64,000 nucleotides of DNA, taken from positions 96,001 through 160,000 of IMG/VR virus record IMGVR_UViG_3300045988_138996. One strand, 5' to 3'. This document shows positions 28,423 through 39,594 of the stretch, piece by piece (the first letter of the stretch is position 1; each line of letters opens with the position of its first letter). A model generated the notes under the pieces. It was not told the DNA's origin, made no database searches, and worked only from the letters and a program-made list of their open reading frames with translations. Position numbers and translations under genes: made by a program. The stretch comes from a virus.

Positions 28423-29418
28423 ATGAATTATAATCAGATCTTAGGAAAAATAAACGAGGAGACTCGTAAAAAAGTTGCTGATGAATATAATGAAATTCAT
28501 AAAAAGTATATTGTTCCTGAAGACTATTCTGGTTCTGTTAACTTAATTGATAGATTATTAAAAAATAAAAACATCAAAATTGATGATACTCTTAAAAAGA
28601 AACTTGAAGATTCTAAGAGTAAACTAACTGAAGCAATAAAAAATAAAGATTTTAAAGGGGCCGCCAAGATTGTAAAAGATCTTGACGGCCTTCCTAATAT
28701 CATTAAGGATGTCAATGCGCAAGATATTCTTAAGCTCGTCGACAAGCGAGATATTGCTTACTTAGCTTTTGATAAACTTATCAATAAAGAAATAACGAAC
28801 AAGATATTTAACACTCTTCATATAACGAGTAAGGAACAATTGCTACCAGCACTTCAAGATAAACGTAGTAAAATAATTGCGATTATTAAAACGTATAAGC
28901 ATATTAAAAATACAAACCCAGCATTAACAAATCAAATATTAAAAGATTTATCTGATAATGTTAATAAGCAACTCGATGAAGAAATTAAATATGCAACTAA
29001 TAAATATCAAGTATTAGCCGAACAACAAGCTGGTAAACGTATCGATGACTTATATACAAAAGCAACTGGATATATAGATTTTGCTAATAATTATACCAAA
29101 AATTATTTAGATAAAGCTCAGGCATTAGAAGATAAGCTAAATGGTGCGATTAGTAAACTCGACACAATTCAGCTTGGCGGTTTTGCCAAAACTATTAATA
29201 TGAATTTACAATTATCTAAAATAGATTTTGTAAGTAAAAATATTGAGCGTGTTAATAAGTATATGCAAAAATATACTGATCTCGCTCGTAAACATTTAGA
29301 TCGTGCTAAGAAATGGGCCACTGAACAAGTAACTAAGTTAGCATCTAAAGTTCTCGGCGCAGTTGGTAAGAAACTTTCTTCGTTGGGCAAAAGTGCTATT
29401 AGTAAAATTAAAATTTAG
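28423..29418 (+). CDS. hypothetical Lys-rich coiled-coil protein
   Basis: 331 aa with a weak RBS (GGTGA). The composition looks helical throughout. No motif was recognised. Confidence 0.6.
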   Translation: MNYNQILGKINEETRKKVADEYNEIHKKYIVPEDYSGSVNLIDRLLKNKNIKIDDTLKKKLEDSKSKLTEAIKNKDFKGAAKIVKDLDGLPNIIKDVNAQDILKLVDKRDIAYLAFDKLINKEITNKIFNTLHITSKEQLLPALQDKRSKIIAIIKTYKHIKNTNPALTNQILKDLSDNVNKQLDEEIKYATNKYQVLAEQQAGKRIDDLYTKATGYIDFANNYTKNYLDKAQALEDKLNGAISKLDTIQLGGFAKTINMNLQLSKIDFVSKNIERVNKYMQKYTDLARKHLDRAKKWATEQVTKLASKVLGAVGKKLSSLGKSAISKIKI

Positions 29419-29430
29419 AAAGGATATATA

Positions 29431-29970
29431 ATGATTGATTTTTTATTAAATTCTGATAAAGATGATATTATGATCGAACAAAGTAATCGGTCACGACAAT
29501 TAAAAATTCAATTTAATATTGCCGAATCATCTAAAAAATTAAAGATTCAATTCTTTGTCGAAACAATTGCTAGACCAAAACAAACGACACATCCTTTGAA
29601 AATTAATTTTACGATTCAAAATAAGAATAATCCTTATGCTAAACAAAATATATATGCTACTCCTATCTGTGCCGATAATGAGGCTTATACTATTCAACAA
29701 ATCATGATTAGGTTAAAAACTGAATTAGGCGAAGTATTACAGCGTCCTTTGTTAGGATCACGATTAGTAGAATATCGTCATAAAGATAAGTTCGATAAAT
29801 CCAATTTATTAGCTATTAAAGAAATAATAGAAGGCATTGTTAATAACGATAATTATACTATTAATGTGAGACCTAATGTTAATGAAAAACAAATTATGTC
29901 TTGGCATAATATACATATAGAAATTAAGCATAAAGAAACGAATAGAGTTTTAAAAGGATTTACAATATGA
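29431..29970 (+). CDS. baseplate wedge protein, GPW/gp25/XkdS-like
   Basis: 179 aa with RBS AAAGGA. 'IQQIMIRLKTELGEVLQRPLLGSRLVEYRHKDKFDKSNLLAIKEIIEGIVN...NIHIEIKH' fits the gp25/W pattern I..i...L.T..GE...rP..GS.l... followed by a helix and a terminal strand. Confidence 0.5.
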   Translation: MIDFLLNSDKDDIMIEQSNRSRQLKIQFNIAESSKKLKIQFFVETIARPKQTTHPLKINFTIQNKNNPYAKQNIYATPICADNEAYTIQQIMIRLKTELGEVLQRPLLGSRLVEYRHKDKFDKSNLLAIKEIIEGIVNNDNYTINVRPNVNEKQIMSWHNIHIEIKHKETNRVLKGFTI

Positions 29971-30758
29971 AAAATTTGAATGAAATTTATCAGTCAATAA
30001 AAACTTTCTTTGAAAGTAAAATTAAGAATACTGTAGAGCAAGGTTCTGTTCTCGATTTGTTTATGCTATCAGTTTCTAATGAGATGAATGATGCATATGA
30101 ATATATTGAGTCCAATAAAACACCTCATATATATACTTCGTTAAACGGACAAAATCTTGACGATATGGTTAAATTCTGTGGCTTTACTCGTCGTGAAGGA
30201 GAGAGCGATCAGAATTTATTGTATCGTTTAATTAACTGGTCTTTAATTAATGAAAAGTCTAATACGATTGCTATCGATGCTGCTTTATTAGATTTAAAAA
30301 ATGCATCGAATGTTACGTATGTACCTATGGTATATGGTACAGGTACAGCTATTTGTTATGTAATTCCGACAGAATATACTGTCGAAAAAATAGAAGCTGC
30401 ATTAGAAGAAGCTAAAGATCGTTTAAAAAATGTCATAAGTCCTTCATTATATATAGAGTACGTGACACCAGAGTTAAGAGCCGTAACATTAAGTATTAGT
30501 ATTTCTAATAGCGATTCTAATCTTGCTGACATTAAACGAAATCTCGAAATAAAATTAGCAGAATATATTAATGCTATTCCACCAAAAGAAAGTTTAGATA
30601 TTGGATATATTAATAAACTTGGGATTAATGAAACTGGCGTAAGTTATTTTAATGTATCTGGATTATTTGTCGATGGCGTATCAGTTACTAATTTAAAAGT
30701 ACTACAAGATATTAAATCTAAGATGTTACTCGATACGATTCAATGGGTCGAGGTATAA
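29967..30758 (+). CDS. baseplate J-like protein (short)
   Basis: 263 aa with an ATGA overlap. 'EQGSVLDLFMLSVSNEMNDAYEYIE...LNGQNLDDMVKFCGFTRREGESDQNLLYRL' resembles the N-terminal J/XkdT pattern (eGS..d.l...a.e....y..i....a.G..LD....G..R..gEsD..lr.R). Synteny after the gp25-like gene fits. Confidence 0.5.
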   Translation: MKNLNEIYQSIKTFFESKIKNTVEQGSVLDLFMLSVSNEMNDAYEYIESNKTPHIYTSLNGQNLDDMVKFCGFTRREGESDQNLLYRLINWSLINEKSNTIAIDAALLDLKNASNVTYVPMVYGTGTAICYVIPTEYTVEKIEAALEEAKDRLKNVISPSLYIEYVTPELRAVTLSISISNSDSNLADIKRNLEIKLAEYINAIPPKESLDIGYINKLGINETGVSYFNVSGLFVDGVSVTNLKVLQDIKSKMLLDTIQWVEV

Positions 30759-30761
30759 TAT

Positions 30762-33700
30762 ATGGATGTTATTACGAATAAAAATTTTATAAAAGCTTTA
30801 CAATATTTCCCTAAGTGGATGCAAATTCGTCGTCGTCCATACAAATCTAATGCCGGCTATCTATTAATGTCTATCATCGAAGAAATGACAGATATTTGGA
30901 AAGAAGTCGATGAATATGCTAAAGATTTTTTTCTCGTAAATTATGCCGGCAGAGAAGATACTATTATTAGTAAAATATATAAATGTGCGATTGGTGAATT
31001 AAATCCTAAGTTAAAACTAGATAATGAATTTACGATTACACAAAGTTTAGCTGAATTTTATAAGCATAAAAAATATGCATATTATGAAAACGGTTATTTA
31101 TATTTTAAAATAGACGAAATTGAAAATAAACCGATTGGCTATTCTATTAATAAATTTCATTATACGGCTAATATCGAAATAGAACCTATTTGGAATATCT
31201 TCGATGAATTTGCATGGTTTGCTGGTATCGATCGGTTACCAGATGAATCGAATTTAAGTCTATCTAATAGAACATACGATGCATTACGAACTAAGAATAA
31301 TAAAAATAATAATATACTATTCGATGATAAAAGTATTCTCGACGTATACAAACATCGTTTTAATTCGACAGAATTTGGTATCAAATATTTAATTAAAAAC
31401 TTATTATCGGCATATGCTGGTATTGCTTTTAAAGATATTCATATCGAAAAATTAAATGAAATTAATATTCAAGATGTCGTTAATGATCAAAAAGTTTACG
31501 ATTATATTTCTGAATTAAATAAAGATATTGCTCGAGAAAAAGTATGGGATTTAACATTTTGGGAAAATCAATTTAAGAAAATGGATTATTCTTCTCATAC
31601 TTGGGATCAACCTGTCGAATACTATCAACAAGGTGTCGGTTATTACGATAGTTTAAAAGTTATTACGTCTAATGAAATTAACTCTTCTGATTTTACCGAT
31701 GTAAATATTATTGGTTATAAAAAATCTAAACAAAAGATTAGTCAATACTTGCTTAATAGTAATAAGTCTTTTAATATCGATATCGGTTTAAAAAAATATG
31801 GATTAGATTTAAAACCGCTCGACGTTCAGTATAGTTTGAAAGCTACGTCTGCTGTTAATATTAATCCTGAAAGTATTGTATTTAATACGTATAATACATA
31901 TGATGGATTATATACATTACCAGTCGAAAAGTTTGTCGATGAAAATGCTCCGCTAACAGGTATAACAGTATCTAATAAAGGGCATTTAATTAATAATACG
32001 AATCAAGATATAACATATAAAGTTGTTGCACAACCTAGTAAAGAAGGCGGCAATATTTATATCGACTCATTTAAGATTGGTAATGAGGATATCGTAACAA
32101 ATTATTATAATAATAATTATTTTAAGAAAGAAAATAATAGTATTTCTTATGTCGACAATTATTTCTATGGTACACAAATTCGAGATTTTGCATCGACTAC
32201 AAATGTATACGATACTAAAAAAGGTGTAGCGCTCGATATTACAAAATCTACGATCGGCACATTTACAATTCCGTTAACTGCCGATATGGAATTTAAAACT
32301 ATTAACTATAATATTATCGATAAGCCTATTAATATTATTAACAGATTTGATTTAATTAAGTTAAATAACTTTAAATATAATTCTGATGATAATACATTAT
32401 ATATTGATTCTAATGCAAGAGGTTCTGTTAGTATCGAACAAATTATTACATCGTTAGAATTTGAAATTGATAAATTAGATTCTGAGCAAAATACAGGATC
32501 TTGTCAAATTGTAATTACCGATGATAATAATAATATTTTAGTTCAAGAAGAATTAAATACTTCGACAACAAATAAAAAATTTAGTTATACTGCAGATGAA
32601 TCCTCTAAAAAGAAAATTACGATATATAAAATTGGCCAGGTTGGTTTTAAGATTAAATTTATTAAAGCGTCGGCTAACGGAATTATCTTTAGTATTAATG
32701 GTAATCGGATTCCTAAAACATTAAATTCATATTCATTACCAGATAATATTAATAACAAATTATTAACTGTTACGTTATATTCTTATCTCGGAATATCTTC
32801 TCCTGTATTAGAATATATTTCGATTGCTGGAGAATTTTCTAATTTTAAATTCTTTGAAAAAGAAATTGTCGTACCGGCTAATACGACTAAAGATATTAAA
32901 ATAGAATCTCGAGAAGCTAAGTTATTATTATATAAAAATAATAATTTAATCGACGATAATTTTGATACGTATAATACATATTCAGGTATTGGTAAGTTAC
33001 CACTATCTCTTAATAGTTCTAATTTAAGTCTTGTTAATAATGAACTTAAAACAGGTACTATTAATGGAAGAAACACTTCTTATATCGATATCGATTCTGA
33101 TACTAAATATATCGATATTAATTTTAATAAGTATGAAGAACTAGTTGAATCTTTAAAATTGTCTCAGATTTTAATTAATGATTATGAATATGATCATACT
33201 AAAGAAAGTGTGTTCGTTACATATAATGGTAAAATAATTATTTATAATAATTCTGGTAAGATTGAACCGTTTAAAGAAGTAACGATAGAACGTTCTGCAT
33301 TTTCTAAAAATTATAATTTAATTAAAGCTGTTATTCCTGATCCAGTATTAATTAATTTTATTCATGATAATAATAATGTTGTTACGACGAAAGAAAATTC
33401 CGATGTTAATAAAATTATTAAAATATCATTAGCAACTAAGAATTCTTCGACTCATGTTTTAAATAAATCTGACAAGATTGTTCAAAATCAAAAAGATTAT
33501 AATATTGATTTAGAATCTTTTGTTCCTAAGTTATCTCAAGATCAAGTATATTATCTCGAAATTAATTTACCTGATAATTATGATAAGACAACACAATATA
33601 TTCGATATACTTATGATACACATGAATCGCTAGAAAAAAGTTGTTTAATCGGAAATAATATTAATATCGTAACACCTGTTATTACAGTATTTGCTAATTA

Positions 33701-35846
33701 TTGGAATAATAATGAATCGAATTATAACGTATCGTTACGGAAAAAGTTCGAGACGACGTTATTCTCTTCTGAATTTAATTTAAATGAAACTGTTGATATA
33801 GACGGTACGTCTTATAATTTGTCTGAGTATTCTTTAACAGTTCCTTCGTATTTATCTATTACATATACGAATAAAACATATACGGAAGATGTTGAATTAA
33901 CAGAAGATGGTCTCGGCAAATTAAAATATTCTAATGTGTTGTCTACTGATGCAGTCGTAAAGATTGGAGACCATACATTAACTAATAAAGAATATGCTAT
34001 TTATTCTGAACCAGGTATTATATTAATCGACGATATTTTTGAATATAATTCTTTAACAGCAAATATTACATATATATATAAAGCTCCGATTAAAATAAGC
34101 TTTAATTCATTAGATAAACTATATGAACTTGTTGAATACAATATCGATGCTTACGATATTGAAAACTTATTAACCGTTAAAGATATGAAAGATGGCGAAA
34201 GTCGAATCGTAACAATTGCTAATAAAGATATCGATAAATTATATGCAACTTCAACAAATAGTAATTTCACTTCCGTTATTATTAATAATAAAGTAACGGT
34301 ATATCGTAATAATACTGATAATAGAATAGCAGTTAAAGCTGGTTATTATTATGAAAATGGTAAAGAATACTATTTTGGAATTAATGAATCGACAATACGT
34401 CATCATCGTGATCATCATGTCGATTTTAATAATACGAAAAAACAAGGTAGTTTACTTGTATTAAATTCTAAAAAGCAAAACTTTATCCCGAATAGTTTAA
34501 TGGATATGAAAATTTTAAATCCATTATGTTATGTAAATTTTAAAGAGCAAAAAGAAATATCTGAAATATCTTCGCTTCATTCACTAACAACAGCTAATAC
34601 GTTTAATAACTGGACGTTTGATAAATGTGATCCGACACTTCTCGAAGAAAATAAAAATTATATTATTAATTTTAACTTCGATAAAAATGGCTATGCTATT
34701 TTTAGAATCGATAAATATATTTATGATAATACATTTATTAATATCAAAATGTCGGGCAATCTTATTATTAGATTATTTAGCGAACGCAAGCTTAATGGAT
34801 TTAGATTGCAAAAGAAGCCATTATTAAAATTTGAAAAAGATTTTACAATAGCCGATGGTTCTGCTGCAATTAATTTTACACGTGAAAACGATTTGTATTA
34901 TTATATTGTTGTTACAGGTACACAAGGATCGATAGAAGAAATAGTTATTTCTGATAAAGAAATTGAAGCGCCTCATAAAAAGAATATCGACAAACTTGGT
35001 TGGGATATCACTGAAAAGAAATTAAACCCAGATTTATTTATTCATTACGATAACTTTAATGCGTCGACAACGAATTTAGATATCGATGACGATGGTCGTA
35101 TTGTATACGGTACAACAATGGATTATGATGCGACATTAATCGGCACGTCTGATTTAATGCGTTGCCAATTAGATAAAGTATTGTATCGTAATAATAAACT
35201 AATTACACTCGATGAGTTAGGTGTCGTTACGACAGAAATATTCGATTTAATCGGAAAACATTATGAAGCATCTAGTGATGAATATTATAAATATATGAAT
35301 AATATATTATATTTCATTGGTAAGATTAATACCTTGTCTTCTGACATATTTAAAATAACAGTTTTAGGTTCTGATAATTATTATGGTACGTTCTCGACAA
35401 TTGGTGTTATTGAAGATAGTTGTTTTACATTAATCAATAATGAAAAATTAACACAGTATATTCGATTAAGAATTGATATGCCTGCTAATACAGAAATATC
35501 TTCGATCGATATATATAATATATTTAATGAAACTGACGATGTAAAAATTCCGTCTTTAATAGAAACCTCTGGAGTTTTAATCTCGAGACTATTAATGGTG
35601 TCAGATAAAAATAGTTACAATATAGATTCTATTGATGGAGATATTAAAGGCGACGTTAGAATTAGCGTACGAACACTTCGTAAAAATGGTATCGATTCTA
35701 ATTTTACACAGTGGAAAGAATTATATAAAAATGGTAAAATAATACCAGTAGCTGTTAACAATACAGATACGTTCCAGTTTAGAATTGAATTGTTGGCGCC
35801 AGATGCCTCAGTTCTTATTAATAAGATAGGATTAACAACTATATGA
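30762..35846 (+). CDS. giant baseplate/fibre protein with Mu gp48 / XkdU (DUF2313)-like N-terminus
   Basis: 1694 aa with RBS GAGGT. The N-terminus 'ALQYFPKWMQIRRRPYKSNAGYLLMSIIEEMTDIWKEVDEYAKDFF' resembles the 'YLPxyy....s.....l......e.......i.....ff' start of the gpI/gp48 family. Its position after the J-like gene fits. The remaining roughly 1500 aa are unassigned. Confidence 0.45.
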   Translation: MDVITNKNFIKALQYFPKWMQIRRRPYKSNAGYLLMSIIEEMTDIWKEVDEYAKDFFLVNYAGREDTIISKIYKCAIGELNPKLKLDNEFTITQSLAEFYKHKKYAYYENGYLYFKIDEIENKPIGYSINKFHYTANIEIEPIWNIFDEFAWFAGIDRLPDESNLSLSNRTYDALRTKNNKNNNILFDDKSILDVYKHRFNSTEFGIKYLIKNLLSAYAGIAFKDIHIEKLNEINIQDVVNDQKVYDYISELNKDIAREKVWDLTFWENQFKKMDYSSHTWDQPVEYYQQGVGYYDSLKVITSNEINSSDFTDVNIIGYKKSKQKISQYLLNSNKSFNIDIGLKKYGLDLKPLDVQYSLKATSAVNINPESIVFNTYNTYDGLYTLPVEKFVDENAPLTGITVSNKGHLINNTNQDITYKVVAQPSKEGGNIYIDSFKIGNEDIVTNYYNNNYFKKENNSISYVDNYFYGTQIRDFASTTNVYDTKKGVALDITKSTIGTFTIPLTADMEFKTINYNIIDKPINIINRFDLIKLNNFKYNSDDNTLYIDSNARGSVSIEQIITSLEFEIDKLDSEQNTGSCQIVITDDNNNILVQEELNTSTTNKKFSYTADESSKKKITIYKIGQVGFKIKFIKASANGIIFSINGNRIPKTLNSYSLPDNINNKLLTVTLYSYLGISSPVLEYISIAGEFSNFKFFEKEIVVPANTTKDIKIESREAKLLLYKNNNLIDDNFDTYNTYSGIGKLPLSLNSSNLSLVNNELKTGTINGRNTSYIDIDSDTKYIDINFNKYEELVESLKLSQILINDYEYDHTKESVFVTYNGKIIIYNNSGKIEPFKEVTIERSAFSKNYNLIKAVIPDPVLINFIHDNNNVVTTKENSDVNKIIKISLATKNSSTHVLNKSDKIVQNQKDYNIDLESFVPKLSQDQVYYLEINLPDNYDKTTQYIRYTYDTHESLEKSCLIGNNINIVTPVITVFANYWNNNESNYNVSLRKKFETTLFSSEFNLNETVDIDGTSYNLSEYSLTVPSYLSITYTNKTYTEDVELTEDGLGKLKYSNVLSTDAVVKIGDHTLTNKEYAIYSEPGIILIDDIFEYNSLTANITYIYKAPIKISFNSLDKLYELVEYNIDAYDIENLLTVKDMKDGESRIVTIANKDIDKLYATSTNSNFTSVIINNKVTVYRNNTDNRIAVKAGYYYENGKEYYFGINESTIRHHRDHHVDFNNTKKQGSLLVLNSKKQNFIPNSLMDMKILNPLCYVNFKEQKEISEISSLHSLTTANTFNNWTFDKCDPTLLEENKNYIINFNFDKNGYAIFRIDKYIYDNTFINIKMSGNLIIRLFSERKLNGFRLQKKPLLKFEKDFTIADGSAAINFTRENDLYYYIVVTGTQGSIEEIVISDKEIEAPHKKNIDKLGWDITEKKLNPDLFIHYDNFNASTTNLDIDDDGRIVYGTTMDYDATLIGTSDLMRCQLDKVLYRNNKLITLDELGVVTTEIFDLIGKHYEASSDEYYKYMNNILYFIGKINTLSSDIFKITVLGSDNYYGTFSTIGVIEDSCFTLINNEKLTQYIRLRIDMPANTEISSIDIYNIFNETDDVKIPSLIETSGVLISRLLMVSDKNSYNIDSIDGDIKGDVRISVRTLRKNGIDSNFTQWKELYKNGKIIPVAVNNTDTFQFRIELLAPDASVLINKIGLTTI

Positions 35847-37909
35847 TATTTTTTGATAATGCAAGAATAACTAAGAATAACGGATGTTATTTTTACGATC
35901 AAGATATTATTATTCTTGATTATACATATAGTGGCGATTCTAGAATTAAATTAAAATTAGATTATGTAAATCCAGGATTCGGAATTCTCTTAATTGAGGA
36001 TTCCGATTCTAAATTTAATTCTAAAAAACAATATATGTTTAAATTTGGTGATGATGATTATGCCGTTATCGAAAAGTTAGATGACGGACAAAATCAAGTC
36101 GAATATTCTACGATACAATTTAAGCATTTATTAAAAGATGCATATGTTGTTTTAGAATATGAAAATAATAAAGTTTCTTTTTATCTAGAAAAAAATAATA
36201 AAAAAGTATTAACGATTATTCAAGATTTTCCGATTGAATTTAGTTCATATCATATCGGCTTATATTCACAATATGGTAACACTGTCGAATCATTGCAAGT
36301 ATCTTCAGGATTACCTATTGGATGGGCAGCTAATGTTATTAGTACTGTTGGTGGTCGTTTATATTATTATGATAATACAATTAAGTTTGAAAATTGTACA
36401 TATGAAGCTCAAACAGAAACTGACTTTATTAAATTAAAAGCCGGTATTTATTATTTAAAATATAATGTTACTGGTGATATTAAAGCAGCTGCATTCGCTT
36501 CATCTGATCCGAGTATCGAATTAAATAAAAAGAATATTTTAAAAGACAACAAAATTGTTCTTGAAGAAGATTCATATGTATCAATACAATTTTATGGTAA
36601 AGATGGTATCGTATCTAATATCTCGTTACAAGAAACTGTTAACGGATCATATTTACCATCATCTGGCAATGGATCATTACAAGAAGGTAGTTATTTACAT
36701 TTTATATTAGATAATATTTCTTCGATTCATTTATCGGTGCAAATTACGGAACTACCAGAGTCTGAAAATTTAACATATTATTATTTTAAATTTGGTGATC
36801 GAGTGTATACACCTAAAGATTTCCCAATTGGTGAATATATCGATGTTGTGTATGATCGTAAAACATTAACGATAAAATATGCAGACAAAACAATTCGATT
36901 AAATCGATACGATAGCAACATTCTCGATATGTTTTATAACGTAAATGCTTATATTAAAAAACTTGTCATCATTAATAAAGATAATAAAGAAGAAAATCTT
37001 TTAAGCGTAAGCGAAACGTATTCACACATTACTAATGAATTAGATACGCCGATATTGTGTTTAGATGAAAACAATGAACCATTCGATTTAAGTTCTTCAT
37101 ATCGTGAAGTTATTATACCGACTGTTCATATCGATATGTTTAATAAGTATAATCCGATGAAATTATTTCATCAATTAAATACATATCAGTTAGATGATAT
37201 TCAAGTTATTGGTATTAAAGAACATTGTCAAATTAATCCGGATGCTAAAAACTTTAATGATTTTATTATCTCGGAAACAGGATTCCAATATATCGATTTT
37301 AATCCAGCTATTAATATTAATATCGATTTAAATTCTTTAGTTTACGATAAAGATATTCGTAATAAATATAAATATATAGCTATTATGTATTCGACTGCCG
37401 ATACGTATATGTATAAGTTTACGAATTGGTCTCGTGAATATTTCGATAATAAAAATAATGTATTGCAATTAGCGCATCCGATTCTTAACACATTTAATAA
37501 TATTAACATTTATGGTATGAATAAAGAACCTAAATTAGATTTATTCTATCGAGTTCGTCAAGATAAAGAAACATCTGATATTAAATTAACAGCTAATACG
37601 TATGATATTGTCGACAATGCATCATTCGATATCGACTTTAAGAAGAATCGTATCGAATTAAAAAACAATAATTATAAATATTATATTGTCGAATATCTTA
37701 AAAAAGATAGTTATTGTATTAACGATTTAAAATATAATATATTATTAAACAAAGATCCGTCTAATTTATACGAAGTTAAAATCTCGACTAATAAAGAAAA
37801 TTTTAGATTAATTTATGATCAAGATGAAAAGACTAAGACTATTAACAAGTATAAACTAACAGATATTAATTTAAATCCTAATCGGTATGTAACATTGAGG
37901 TCTGTATGA
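35843..37909 (+). CDS. hypothetical baseplate/fibre structural protein (N-terminal ConA/LamG-like jelly-roll suspected)
   Basis: 688 aa with an ATGA overlap. The N-terminal roughly 150 aa has a beta-sandwich-like pattern ('GFGILLIED...YMFKFGDDDYAVIE...VVLEYENNKVSFYLE...HIGLYSQYGNTVESLQVS'). This is a weak assignment. Confidence 0.5.
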   Translation: MIFFDNARITKNNGCYFYDQDIIILDYTYSGDSRIKLKLDYVNPGFGILLIEDSDSKFNSKKQYMFKFGDDDYAVIEKLDDGQNQVEYSTIQFKHLLKDAYVVLEYENNKVSFYLEKNNKKVLTIIQDFPIEFSSYHIGLYSQYGNTVESLQVSSGLPIGWAANVISTVGGRLYYYDNTIKFENCTYEAQTETDFIKLKAGIYYLKYNVTGDIKAAAFASSDPSIELNKKNILKDNKIVLEEDSYVSIQFYGKDGIVSNISLQETVNGSYLPSSGNGSLQEGSYLHFILDNISSIHLSVQITELPESENLTYYYFKFGDRVYTPKDFPIGEYIDVVYDRKTLTIKYADKTIRLNRYDSNILDMFYNVNAYIKKLVIINKDNKEENLLSVSETYSHITNELDTPILCLDENNEPFDLSSSYREVIIPTVHIDMFNKYNPMKLFHQLNTYQLDDIQVIGIKEHCQINPDAKNFNDFIISETGFQYIDFNPAININIDLNSLVYDKDIRNKYKYIAIMYSTADTYMYKFTNWSREYFDNKNNVLQLAHPILNTFNNINIYGMNKEPKLDLFYRVRQDKETSDIKLTANTYDIVDNASFDIDFKKNRIELKNNNYKYYIVEYLKKDSYCINDLKYNILLNKDPSNLYEVKISTNKENFRLIYDQDEKTKTINKYKLTDINLNPNRYVTLRSV

Positions 37910-39591
37910 AAATTTATTTAAATAAAAAAGAAATTGTCGACAAAACATTACTCGATGAAAATGACATACCATTGTCATATTTAAATAATTTATCAGTATA
38001 TAGTGATACGATTATTAAATACGGCGATAAGTTATTAAAGTTAAATAAAAAACGGGCTATTAATTTATATGAGAAAGTCGATAAAAATAAATTATTTTTT
38101 AAGGAAAATAATGAGCCGGCTAAAATTAATAAAGATTATCTTGTCGATATTGATGGCAAAATCGATCTTCTTAATAGTTCGAAAAAATCTTCTTATCGTC
38201 CGACTGTATTTGGATATAAATATGTATTAGAAAGAACGATACCGTTTCAATCTGATAAAGAATATATGATCAATATTGATTATACCGGTATGGAACACGT
38301 TAAAGAATTATTAAAAACAGTTACGTTGCCTAATAATTTACATTTGAATAGTGTTCAAAATAACCCTGATATTAAATATTTTTCAGATGAAAAAGCATAT
38401 TTAGAAAATATGAGAGATGGTGGTTATCAAGATAATTGCAATATTTATATCGTAAAATCATCGTATGCTAATAAGATTATATATAATAAACCTAAAATAT
38501 TTGATGTTGCTAAACCTGTAATATTCACACAATCTGAATATACGATCGAACCGTCTTGGGATATTTTTAATCATGATTCTGAAATGTCATTGTTCCCGAG
38601 AGTTACTTATGATTATATTAAATTAACGATTAATCATACACCAATATTAATCATGAGAGATCGTTTAAATTATAAATTAATCATGTTGTGTGGTAAAGAA
38701 ATTTTCACACAGGAACGATTAATTAAATTCTTGGTTGAAAATATAGTATATGCTTATACTGTAGGTTATTATAAAGTACCGGAAGCTTCTGGTGCTTATC
38801 TTAATAGTTTTATATCAAATAATATTATTGACTATTATTATAGTTTAAATAATAGAATGAATAGTCATCATCCAACTATTAATTTTAAAAAAGATATCGA
38901 GGCGTCTAATTTTAAAGATACGTCATATAAATTAGTCGATGTGTTTACGACAGATAGCAATATTGTATATGATTATACCGATTATTCTAACAACGTATAT
39001 TTTAAGAAGACTGTTAATAATGAGCCAGAAAAAAGTAATACGGATTCATTAATTTATACGACGAATCAAGAATTAAAATTTATCGACAAAGTTAATTATT
39101 CATTATACGATATTGAACAGTTACCAAATATTTCTTATAAATATAATAATGATAAATTAGAGATTGTTGTTTCGCCATATTATAGCTCTTCTCAAAATAT
39201 TGCTAAAAGTGAACAAACATATCTTACGATACATGATATTAATAAAAATTATGTACTGTACATGAGAAAGACTTCGATTATTGCCGATCAAGAATTTTAC
39301 ATATTAGAAGATACTGAACAATCTAACGATATAAAAATTGCCGATATTATAATTAAATTAAATAATAATATTGTGCCGACAGATGTTCGTGTAATCGGCG
39401 GTGGTTCTAGTAAATATGATAACTATGATTATATCGATACTGGTAATATAAACGGTAGACCATATAGAGTTGGTACATCGATGGTTATTACTTTGCCGAA
39501 ACGTTACGAGCCGTATCGAAACCAACTACAACAACAAATTAATAAACATATTTCATCGGCTGAAGCGGCAATTATTATTTTTAAGGACTAG
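37906..39591 (+). CDS. hypothetical structural protein
   Basis: 561 aa with an ATGA overlap. No motif was recognised. Confidence 0.6.
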   Translation: MKIYLNKKEIVDKTLLDENDIPLSYLNNLSVYSDTIIKYGDKLLKLNKKRAINLYEKVDKNKLFFKENNEPAKINKDYLVDIDGKIDLLNSSKKSSYRPTVFGYKYVLERTIPFQSDKEYMINIDYTGMEHVKELLKTVTLPNNLHLNSVQNNPDIKYFSDEKAYLENMRDGGYQDNCNIYIVKSSYANKIIYNKPKIFDVAKPVIFTQSEYTIEPSWDIFNHDSEMSLFPRVTYDYIKLTINHTPILIMRDRLNYKLIMLCGKEIFTQERLIKFLVENIVYAYTVGYYKVPEASGAYLNSFISNNIIDYYYSLNNRMNSHHPTINFKKDIEASNFKDTSYKLVDVFTTDSNIVYDYTDYSNNVYFKKTVNNEPEKSNTDSLIYTTNQELKFIDKVNYSLYDIEQLPNISYKYNNDKLEIVVSPYYSSSQNIAKSEQTYLTIHDINKNYVLYMRKTSIIADQEFYILEDTEQSNDIKIADIIIKLNNNIVPTDVRVIGGGSSKYDNYDYIDTGNINGRPYRVGTSMVITLPKRYEPYRNQLQQQINKHISSAEAAIIIFKD

Positions 39592-39594
39592 ATA

